From: Vicinamibacterales bacterium
GTDB taxonomy: Bacteria > Acidobacteriota > Vicinamibacteria > Vicinamibacterales > UBA8438
Direction: 5' to 3'
Assembly (NCBI GenBank): GCA_965207675.1
Contig: CBDBMY010000010.1
Location: 745,000-808,999 of the forward strand
DNA length: 64,000 nucleotides
Below the pieces are notes generated by a model. The model did no database searches, was not told the DNA's origin, and saw only the letters and a list, made by a program, of their open reading frames with translations. Of this stretch, positions 18,991 to 27,285 are shown one piece after another. Positions within the stretch are counted from its first letter, which is position 1; the number at the start of each line of letters is the position of its first letter. The position numbers and the translations under genes were made by a program.

Positions 18991-20273
18991 CTACCGGCTG
19001 ACGTCGGTCCCGGCGCGGCGATTGATGGCCGCCCACATCTTCACCAGGGGCTTGATGGGCGTCAGCCGCACGGCGACTTCGCGCAGCCGGCACGCCACCG
19101 GGTTCGTGGTGCCCATGATGCGTGCCGTCCGGCGTCCCTGGGCCACCAGGACCGCCGTCTTCTCGCCCCGGTCGCGCTCGTACGCCCGCAACGCGTCGCC
19201 GACGTTCGCGCTCTCGCCTAGCGCAACGCTCGCATCTCGCTTGACCGGCGCACGCTGGCCGCCACTAGCTAGCTAGCGGGAACCTAGGGGACGCGCTTTG
19301 ACCCCCACGCCCGCAACGCGTCGCCGACGTTCGCGCTCTCGCCTAGCGCCTTCCCGAGCGCCACCGCGTCGACCATCGCTTGCGCCGCGCCCTGGCCGGT
19401 GTGCGGCAGCACCGGGTGGGCCGCGTCTCCGAGCAGGGTGACGACGCCCCTGCCCCAGAACGGCAGCGGGTCGCGATCGAAGAGCTCGTCGACGCGCATG
19501 TCGGTGGTCCCCGACGTCACCACGCGGAACGTCTCGTCGAACCACGGCGACACGTGCCTCAGAATCGCCGCCGGATCCCGCATGCCGGCCGGCAGCAGCT
19601 CCTGCGCCAGCCCGAGCCCCCAGTAGATGCCGGTGTCGCTCGCCCGGGCCAGGAACGATTCCACCCCTCGTCCCATGTAGTGGATGCCGGACAGGCCGTC
19701 GAGGTGATCCACGGCACCGTGCGCCGCCGCGCGCACCGCGATGAGGCCGCTCGACCGCGGCGGCGGCTCCGACGGATGAAGTGCACGCCGAATCACCGAC
19801 CCGGCGCCGTCCGCGCCGACCAGCAGGTCGCCCTCGGCGGCGTCTCCGTCCGCGGTCCGCAGAGTGACACGGTCGCCCGCCACCGAGAACCCGGTCGCTT
19901 CGCAGTCGAGCGTGACCGCGTCCTCCCCGATCGCCTCCAGCAGGGAGCCGTGGACGGCCGGCCGCAACGCCACCACCGTCGGGCCGCCCATCACCTCCGG
20001 CGGGGGGAAGTCCGCACGCTTCAGGATGGTGCCGTCCATCCGCCGCGCCTCGCCCCGCGTCGGCACGACCCCGCGGGCCAGCACCACGTCGGCGACGCCC
20101 AGCTCGCGCAGCGCCGCCATCGCGTTCGGGGCCACGAGCAGCGCGAAACCGAGCTCCCGCACCGACGCGGCGCGCTCGAAGACGCGGACGTTCCAGCCCG
20201 CCTTGCGGAGGGAGATGGCAGCCGAGAGGCCGCCGATGCCGGCACCGACGATGAAGGCTGTGCGGAAACCCAC
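18991..20273 (-). pseudogene. FAD-dependent monooxygenase paralog B, split by a 124-bp insertion/duplication
   Basis: The 5-prime part (19284-20273) ends ...ALGESANVGDALRAWGSKRVP-stop. The 3-prime part (18991-19224) resumes ALGESANVGDALRAYERDRGEKTAVLVAQGRRTARIM..., matching the C-terminus of paralog A. Confidence 0.75.
19225..19306. other. Insert of about 80 bp containing CTAGCTAGCTAG (19265-19276; stops in all six frames) plus an adjacent CCTAGG, bounded by 43-bp perfect direct repeats (19182-19224 and 19307-19349)
   Basis: Read directly from the sequence. This is the only (CTAG)n run in the window, and CTAG is otherwise sparse here. Confidence 0.9.
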
Positions 20274-20450
20274 TTGTCACTCAGCAGCGTGAGTCGCCGG
20301 ATTTGCCGTAACCCGTTCACAAGTAACGGCCCACTGCTGTGCAGCCGACCGCCATTCCGCGTCGATTCCCACTCTCCACACCGGGTCTGTGACCCCTCGC
20401 CTCCCGCTTCCGCGGAGCTTCACCCTCCGTGCGCGACAGCCATGGCGTCG

Positions 20451-20636
20451 TCAAGGGGCTTCGTGCGCATCGATGATGGTCCTGGCGACGCGGAACCCGA
20501 CGGTGTCCCGGCGCTGCGATGGGAAGTACGTCTGACGACTCGCGCCGCCGCGGTGCGCGGAGCGCATGACGTCCGCCCCGGACGGAAACGAGCCACCACG
20601 TCTTGTTCGGGCCAGCTCGTTGCTCACGACGAGCAC
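20451..20636 (-). pseudogene. C-terminal fragment of a formylglycine-generating-enzyme (SUMF1/FGE-sulfatase) domain protein
   Basis: RGGSFPSGADVMRSAHRGG...RRDTVGFRVAR matches the conserved C-terminal RGGSW...R...GFR motif. No upstream part of the domain is present. Confidence 0.45.
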
Positions 20637-20644
20637 GGGATCTC

Positions 20645-20822
20645 GCCGTTGGGGGTGAAGTCGAGGATCTCCGTCTCCCAGACGAGCTCGCCGGTGCGGG
20701 CGTCGACGGCGTAGATGTAGTCGTCGTTGCTCGTGTCGATGATGCGGGTGCCGTGGATGGCGATGTTGCGGTTCAAGCTGACGAGGCCGCGGATGTAGTC
20801 GTCGATGTCGTCGGGTTGATAC
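20645..20822 (-). pseudogene. Internal fragment of a PQQ dehydrogenase paralog
   Basis: PDDIDDYIRGLVSLNRNIAIHGTRIIDTSNDDYIYAVDARTGELVWETEILDFT. Nt 20709-20815 differ at one position from 24713-24819 of paralog 2. Confidence 0.75.
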
Positions 20823-20862
20823 AGGACACTAGTAGGTCGCTCATGGGCCGGGCTCTGGACGG

Positions 20863-21756
20863 CTACGACGTGACGGTGACCTTCACATAGCCATTCGTCC
20901 AGCAGCACTGGTTGCCGGCGGAGCTGTCGACCCGGCCGAAGCTGTCGGCGCGCACACGGATCACGTACTCGCCCGGCTGCTGGAAGGTCGCAGTCGTGGT
21001 CACCATCCCCTCTGTCTCGGCGAGCGGCTCCGTGTGCGGGCTGAAGACCACCGCGCCCGGACCGGCATGCTTGAACCAGGTCACGTTCAGCGCCGCGGGG
21101 TCGCCCCGCCGTCTGACCGGGAGCGGTTCTTCGTCCCGCACGCTGTCATCATGGAGCCAGACGGTCAGTGAAAGCGGCGTGTCCACCGACGCGCGCATCG
21201 GCTCCGCGTCGATCCCGGTGGGACCCCGGCCGGCAGGGCCGTCGGGGCTGAAGCGGACCAGTGGGGGCTGCGACCCCATAGCCATCGGCCATCGGAGCTG
21301 GTAGGCACCGGTCTTGGCGCTTCCAGGCACGGAGAAGGTCCGTTCCTGGTTGACCAGGGTCCAGACGACGTCGCCGCTGAAGCTGGCCGGCACGGTCACG
21401 GTGAACACCCCCCGCTCCCGGTCTCGCCGGCGCCTGCTCGTGGCGCCCCCACGCGCGACAGGCGGGAACGACGTGGGTTGCCGGCCGTCGAACTCCGCCG
21501 GTTCGATGAAGTTGTCAGGACCCAGGGGAATCTCCAGAACCTCGGTCAGGTTGAGGTTGGAATAGCCGAACGACAGGGTGAAGGTTCCATCCGGATTCCG
21601 GTACCAGCCGTCGAAGAACGGGGCCACCCGAAGTCCGTTCGGCGGCAGCGGGGTAAGTGGTCGTTCTCGCTGGGCCCACAGCGATGGGGAGCCGATGAGC
21701 ATTGCGGCTGCGAGGCCGCCCGCGAGCCATCGTCCGAGCACTGGCGTTCCCTCCAT
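20863..21756 (-). CDS. Secreted hypothetical protein, last gene of the quinoprotein/monooxygenase cluster
   Basis: Start MEGTPVLGRWLAGGLAAAMLIGSPSLWAQ (signal peptide). 297 aa, ending ...NQCCWTNGYVKVTVTS. No family recognised. Confidence 0.65.
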   Translation of the reverse strand: MEGTPVLGRWLAGGLAAAMLIGSPSLWAQRERPLTPLPPNGLRVAPFFDGWYRNPDGTFTLSFGYSNLNLTEVLEIPLGPDNFIEPAEFDGRQPTSFPPVARGGATSRRRRDRERGVFTVTVPASFSGDVVWTLVNQERTFSVPGSAKTGAYQLRWPMAMGSQPPLVRFSPDGPAGRGPTGIDAEPMRASVDTPLSLTVWLHDDSVRDEEPLPVRRRGDPAALNVTWFKHAGPGAVVFSPHTEPLAETEGMVTTTATFQQPGEYVIRVRADSFGRVDSSAGNQCCWTNGYVKVTVTS

Positions 21757-21842
21757 CAACGCGTTGCCGCCGAAAAGCGAGAGAGCCTCTCGATACCGAG
21801 AGGCTCTCTCGCCACAGACCAATTCCGCACGTCTCCGTGCTG

Positions 21843-23201
21843 CTACTCCTCGTTGTCCGTCTGCCTGCGACTCTCCCGCTCGGCCGCCAGACGCTCGTAG
21901 CCCTCGTCGTCGAGATGCGTCACGGCGATCCATGCATGCGACATCTCGTCCGCCGTACGGCTGCCCGGTCCCACCCACTGATTCGGGTCGGGGTTCTGCG
22001 GGTTCCCGGCCGTATTGTCGTAGTAGCCGGTGATCACCAGGACGGACCCCGCCGGGACGAGCGGTGCGGCGTCTTCTGCGTAGATGTGACTGGTGTGCCA
22101 GTCGTTGGTCCAGTTGGACACCGAGCTCACCATCTCCAGCTCGCCCGTCTTCGGATGGAAGATCTCGAGAGTCTTGCCCACCAGACGGAAGTGACCGTGC
22201 GGTTGGAAGCTGTCGATCCGCACCGGGGTCTCGAAGGAATGGAACCCCTGCGTCATCGCCGTGCCATGCGGTGGGAGCTCGAGCTCGCTGCCCTTCATCA
22301 GCAGGGAATACAGCTTGAGATCCTGTTGGTATTGCACCTGCTCCTGATGGCCCTCCGGGTAGAGCCACACGCCCATCTCGACCACGTCGTTCTCGATGAC
22401 CTCGCCGGTCGGATAGTAGTGGACGTCCCAACTGACCATCGAGTCGGCCGGGAGGAGACGACAGGCGTCCTCCGGAACGATCTCGCCGACCTTCCCGAGC
22501 GCGTACTCGGAGAGCCGCTCGACCTGGACCCACTCCCCGCTCTCCTCGTCGAAACCGAGCACCTGGCTGTTGGCGTGGTGCGCGGCGGCGCGCCCCTCGG
22601 GCGACGGCTTGACGGAGACCGCCTTGAGGCACCGGTCCTCGGTCAGGCCGGTCGGCACGATCGGCCGCCACCAGACGTCCGACCCATCGGCCGCCAGCGT
22701 GTACGGCTTCGTCCGGATCACCAGGTCCGGCGGGCCGAACTCATCCGCATAGGCCCACTCGCTGAGATCCGGAAACGACAGCGGCGGCGGAAGATCGGCC
22801 GGGTCGCCAAGGGGTGCCCCGTCGTCCACCCAGCGGGCTATCGTCTCGATTTCGGACAGGCTCAGCCGGAGGTCGTCCTTCAGCTCCTGAATCCCGATGT
22901 CGCGGTCGTATCGATAGGGCGGCATCTCGCCCGTTACCACGCGCTGCTTGATCGACCGAGCCCAGGGGCGCACTTCCTGGTAGGTCGTGAGCGACATCGG
23001 GCCGATCGAGCCGGGCCGGTGGCACTGCTGGCAGTTGCTCTGGAAAATCGGGGCGATGTCCCGAGCGAAGGTCACCGCGGGCGCGTCGCCGGGCGATTGG
23101 GCCGCCGCGGGCGCGCCCCAGGTCACACTGAGGACAGCGACCCCAAGACTCCAGGCAACCACCCGGCCGCCCGACGAAGCGTGGAGGGGAATGTTGAGCA
23201 T
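21843..23201 (-). CDS. c-type cytochrome domain fused to a PHM/DBH-like (copper type II ascorbate-dependent monooxygenase-like) dicopper domain
   Basis: Signal peptide, then FARDIAPIFQSNCQQCHRPGSIGPMSL (CxxCH). Candidate CuH ligands are AAHHAN and WDVHYYP. Candidate CuM ligands are FQPHGHFRL and ADEMSHAW. Confidence 0.7.
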   Translation of the reverse strand: MLNIPLHASSGGRVVAWSLGVAVLSVTWGAPAAAQSPGDAPAVTFARDIAPIFQSNCQQCHRPGSIGPMSLTTYQEVRPWARSIKQRVVTGEMPPYRYDRDIGIQELKDDLRLSLSEIETIARWVDDGAPLGDPADLPPPLSFPDLSEWAYADEFGPPDLVIRTKPYTLAADGSDVWWRPIVPTGLTEDRCLKAVSVKPSPEGRAAAHHANSQVLGFDEESGEWVQVERLSEYALGKVGEIVPEDACRLLPADSMVSWDVHYYPTGEVIENDVVEMGVWLYPEGHQEQVQYQQDLKLYSLLMKGSELELPPHGTAMTQGFHSFETPVRIDSFQPHGHFRLVGKTLEIFHPKTGELEMVSSVSNWTNDWHTSHIYAEDAAPLVPAGSVLVITGYYDNTAGNPQNPDPNQWVGPGSRTADEMSHAWIAVTHLDDEGYERLAAERESRRQTDNEE

Positions 23202-23439
23202 AACGACACCTCTCAGGACACCCTGGTTCCGAAACGCACATCCTACTACAGAATGTCCGTCCCGGGCGAGTTCTCGATTCGTGGCCGCTGGGCCGGCAAC
23301 CCCGTCGGTCAGCTCAAGCCAATGGCAGGGTCTGCTTGGCGCTCACAAGCTACTGACTACACGGGGTTTACGGCAAACAGGCTGTCCGTGGTTCACGTGA
23401 CTGTCAGCACAGCCCTGGACCCCAACGGAATCTCATTGG

Positions 23440-25197
23440 TCACTCAGGCAGGGCGAACACGAACAGGTTGTTCCCCGCGCTGGGCCGCAGCTCCGGCGTC
23501 AGCCCGAGGAACCCCGACGCGGTGCCGGCCGAGCCGGTGCCGACGGCGACGTACTGGCGGCCGTCGACGGCGTAGCTGATCGGGAAGCTCGTCACCGCCG
23601 AGCCGAGGTTGATCTCCCACAGCACCTCGCCCGTGTCCTGGTCGAACGCCCGGAACCGCCCGTTCACGTCGCCGCCGAACACCAGTCCGCCGCCGGTCGC
23701 GACGAGCGACATGGTGGCGGAGCGCTGCGAGTGGAGCCAGCGCGTCTCCCCCGTCTCGGCCGAGATCGCCTGCACGGTGCCGACCTGGTCCATGCCCGGC
23801 GCGATCTGGTTGCGGACGGCGAGGGCGTAGTGGCTGCCGGCGTCGGTCGAGGCGAGCATGCGCGCGCAGACGTTGCGCAGCGGCATGTACATGGTGTTGG
23901 TCAGGGGGCTGTAGGCGCCCGCCTCCCAGTCCTTGCCGCCGAACCAGCTCGGGCACGCCAGCACCTCCTGGCCCTCGGCGGTGAAGACGATCTCGCCGTT
24001 GGGGGTGACCGCCCCGGTGGCGCCGTCGATGTCGGTGATGACGTTCTGGGGGACGGTCGGGGTGGCCCAGAGGAACTCGCCGGTCTCGCGGTCGAGGGTG
24101 TAGACGACGCCGGTCTTGCCGGGGATGCCGGTCACCACCCGCCGCGTCTCGCCGGCGGTGAGGCCGGGGTTGATCCAGGCGACGGCGGCGGGGTCGGGGG
24201 CGACCGCGGTGTCGACGAGGAGCCGCTCGAACGGATGGTCGAGGTCCCAGTGGTCGTTCAGGTGCTGGTAGTACCAGACTATCTCGCCGGTGTCGCCGTC
24301 GAGGGCCAGCGTCGAGTTGTGGTAGAGGTGCGTGTTCTCGATGCCGCCCCGCAGGAACTTCGGTGCCGGCGAGGTGACCGAGGTGCCGACGTAGACGAGG
24401 TTCAGCTCGGGGTCGAAGCTGGGGGCGGTCCACGACCCGACGTGCACGCGGTCTTCGAAGGGCACGTCGCCCCACGTCTCGTCGCCGGGCTCGCCGGGGG
24501 CGGGCACGAGCCGCCGGCGCCACAGCTCGTCGCCGGTCTCGGCGTCGTGGGCCACGATGACGCACGCCTCGGGTCCCGCCCACGGCCGGCAGCTTCTTCC
24601 CGAGAACGCCTTGCCGGCGGCGGTGATGGGGCCCGACGAGTGCCGGGCGGGGTTCACCGTGTAGTCGAGGATCTCGGTCTCCCAGACCATCTCGCCGGTT
24701 CGGGCGTCGAGGGCGTAGATGTAGTCGTCGTTGCTCGTGTCGATGATGCGGGTGCCGTGGATGGCGATGTTGCGGTTCACGCTGACGAGGCCGCGGATGT
24801 AGTCGTCGATGTCGTCGGGCAGGTCGCGGCGGTGCTCCCAGAGGAGATCGCCGGTCACCGCGTCGATGGCCTGGGTGACGTCGTTGGGGTTCGGCATGTA
24901 GAGGACGCCGCCGTAGGCGATGGGCGTGCCCTGCTGGCTGCCGGACGCGAGGGCCCGCGTCCACACCATGCGCAGGTCGCCGACGTTGGTGCGGTCGATC
25001 TGGTCGAGGGGGCTGTAGCCCCAGCCGTCGAGGGTGCGGCGCCACATGAGCCAGTCGCCGTCGGCCGGGTCCGCGAGCATGGCGTCGGTGACGGGGACGA
25101 AGTCGTCGCCGGTCTGCGCGGCGGGGTGCGAGACGAAGGCCGCCGCGACGACGGCCGCCGCCGTCAGCCAACGGACTGCGGTATGCGCTCGGTTCAT
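23440..25197 (-). CDS. PQQ-dependent dehydrogenase (quinoprotein beta-propeller), paralog 2
   Basis: Signal peptide, then VTDAMLADPADGDWLMWRRTLDGWGYSPLDQI, collinear with paralog 1. Confidence 0.85.
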   Translation of the reverse strand: MNRAHTAVRWLTAAAVVAAAFVSHPAAQTGDDFVPVTDAMLADPADGDWLMWRRTLDGWGYSPLDQIDRTNVGDLRMVWTRALASGSQQGTPIAYGGVLYMPNPNDVTQAIDAVTGDLLWEHRRDLPDDIDDYIRGLVSVNRNIAIHGTRIIDTSNDDYIYALDARTGEMVWETEILDYTVNPARHSSGPITAAGKAFSGRSCRPWAGPEACVIVAHDAETGDELWRRRLVPAPGEPGDETWGDVPFEDRVHVGSWTAPSFDPELNLVYVGTSVTSPAPKFLRGGIENTHLYHNSTLALDGDTGEIVWYYQHLNDHWDLDHPFERLLVDTAVAPDPAAVAWINPGLTAGETRRVVTGIPGKTGVVYTLDRETGEFLWATPTVPQNVITDIDGATGAVTPNGEIVFTAEGQEVLACPSWFGGKDWEAGAYSPLTNTMYMPLRNVCARMLASTDAGSHYALAVRNQIAPGMDQVGTVQAISAETGETRWLHSQRSATMSLVATGGGLVFGGDVNGRFRAFDQDTGEVLWEINLGSAVTSFPISYAVDGRQYVAVGTGSAGTASGFLGLTPELRPSAGNNLFVFALPE

Positions 25198-25269
25198 GGT
25201 CGTGACTCCCGTCCGTGATTGCGGGGCGATCTGTACTGAGGCCCCATTCTACCCGTGTCCGTGAGGCAC

Positions 25270-26316
25270 TCACTGCCAGCGGAACACGCGCAACGCGACC
25301 ACGAACGAGACCGCGCCCCAGCCGGCGAGGATGCCGAGCTCGCCGCCGACGCCGGCCAGCCCGTGGCCGTTCAGCATCACGCCGCGCAGCGCGTCGATCA
25401 TCGCGGTGAGGGGGAGCACGCGGATGAACGGCTGGGCCGCCTCGGGGAAGTTCGTCACCGCGAAGAACACCCCACTGCAGATGAACATGGGCATCATCGC
25501 CACGTTCATGATGCCGGAGACGCCCTCGATGGTGCGGGCGCGGCTCGCCGTCAGCAGCCCGATGCCCCCGAAGGCGAGGGCGCCGAGAAGCGCCACCGCC
25601 AGGAGGGTCGCGAAGCCCCCCTCGCTCCCGACGCCGAAGAACCAGGCGGCGAACCCGAGGAGCGCGAGCATCTCGAGGCCCAGGAACGCGAGCCGGGAGA
25701 TGACCAGCGACGCCAGGAAATGCGAGCGGCGCATGGGGGTGGCGACCATCCGCTTCAGCAGCTTGCGCGACCGCGCCACCACGATGCCGAACCCGAGCCC
25801 CCACATGCCCGAGCTCATGATGTTCATGCCGAGCAGGCCCGGCACCAGCCAGTCGATGTACCGGCTGCCGGGGGTCGCGACCTCCTCGGTCCGGGCCGCC
25901 CCCGCGGGGGCGTGACCGGCCTCGCCGGCCAGGGCCCGGTCGACGAGCAGGCGCGCGAGGCGGCTCTCGGGGCGGACCGGGTCGTAGCGGTACGTCGGGG
26001 GCGATCCGGACACCACGACGAGATGCGCGCGCCCGTCCCGCAGCAGGGCCAGCTCGTCCTCCTCCGAGGCGGCGAACGGCTCCAGGTCGCCGGTGCGCGC
26101 CAGCGCGTCGAGGACCGGCGCCGCGCCCGGCGCGTCCCTGACCGCCACCGGCACCGGCTCCTCCCCGCGGGCCTGGAACGCGATGCCGAGGGCCAGGGCC
26201 ATGAGGATGGGGAAGACGAAGATCCAGAACACCATCTCCGGCTCGCGGATGGTCAGCTTGAACCGGGCGAGGGTCAGGGCGGCGAGCGGCTGCCGCATGA
26301 GGCCGCCGTCAGCCAT
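25270..26316 (-). CDS. ABC-2 type exporter permease
   Basis: Six-TM ABC-2 layout. The ATG overlaps the inferred stop of the ATPase gene (ATGGCTGA). Confidence 0.8.
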   Translation of the reverse strand: MADGGLMRQPLAALTLARFKLTIREPEMVFWIFVFPILMALALGIAFQARGEEPVPVAVRDAPGAAPVLDALARTGDLEPFAASEEDELALLRDGRAHLVVVSGSPPTYRYDPVRPESRLARLLVDRALAGEAGHAPAGAARTEEVATPGSRYIDWLVPGLLGMNIMSSGMWGLGFGIVVARSRKLLKRMVATPMRRSHFLASLVISRLAFLGLEMLALLGFAAWFFGVGSEGGFATLLAVALLGALAFGGIGLLTASRARTIEGVSGIMNVAMMPMFICSGVFFAVTNFPEAAQPFIRVLPLTAMIDALRGVMLNGHGLAGVGGELGILAGWGAVSFVVALRVFRWQ

Positions 26317-27272
26317 CGCGGAGGTGCCTTCCCGTCAGCGAGACGAAGACGTCCTCCAGGGTCGCGGCGTGGCTCGTGACCGAGTCGAGCGCGACCCCGG
26401 CTTCCTCGGCGAAGCCGCAACAGGGCCGGCAGCGTCTGCTGCAGGTCCTCGGCCCCGAGCTGCCGCCGGTCCCCGTCGCGGCCGACGCCCCTGACGCCCG
26501 GCAGCGCGGCCAGCCGCGCGTCGAGCTCGTGCCCGTCGGTGGCGCCTTCCTGTCCGGCCGACAGGCCGAACTCGATGACGTGGGCCGCCCCCAGCGAGGC
26601 GATCAGCTCGCGCGGCGTCCCCTCCGCGATGACGCGGCCCCCGTCGACGATGGCCACGCGGTCGCAGAGCACCTGCGCCTCGTCCATGTAGTGGGTGGTC
26701 AGCAGGATGCTGCCGTCCGCGGCCCGGAACCGCTGCAGCACCGACCAGAGCTGCCGGCGCGACTGGGGGTCGAGCCCCGTCGTCGGCTCGTCGAGGAAGA
26801 GCAGCTCGGGGTCGCCGACGAGCGCGCACCCCACGGCCAGCCGCTGGCGCTGCCCGCCCGAGAGATGGACGACCCACGTGCCCGCCTTCGATTCGAGGCC
26901 GACCGTCTGCAGCACGCCGGCGACCGGCCGCCCCTCGCGGTAGAACGAGCGGAACAGCCCGAGGGTCTCGGCCACCGTCAGCCTCTCGTCGAACTGCGTC
27001 TCCTGCAGGTGGATGCCGAGCCGTTGCCGCAACGCGTCGTCATCCGCGCCCCACCGCGTCCCCAGCACCTCGACCGCGCCCGCGTCCGGCGCCAGCAGCC
27101 CCTCGAGGATCTCGATGGTGGTCGTCTTGCCGGCCCCGTTCGGCCCCAGCAGGCCGAAGCACTCGCCGCGGCGCACCGCGAGATCGAGCCCGTCGACCGC
27201 GGTCAGGTCGCCGTAGCGCTTCACGAGGCCCCGGCAACCGAGGGCCGGACTGCCGGCCATGGTCGAAGACAT
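26309..27272 (-). CDS. ABC transporter ATP-binding protein (DrrA/CcmA-like) with a probable 1-nt frameshift near the 3-prime end
   Basis: Walker A GLLGPNGAGKTTT, signature LSGGQRQRL, Walker B LLFLDEPTTGLD. After ...QQTLPALLR (near 26408-26418) the family-typical tail FAEEAGVALDSVTSHAATLEDVFVSLTGRHLRDG-stop is in the adjacent frame. Confidence 0.8.
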
Positions 27273-27285
27273 CGCCAGGAGCCGT

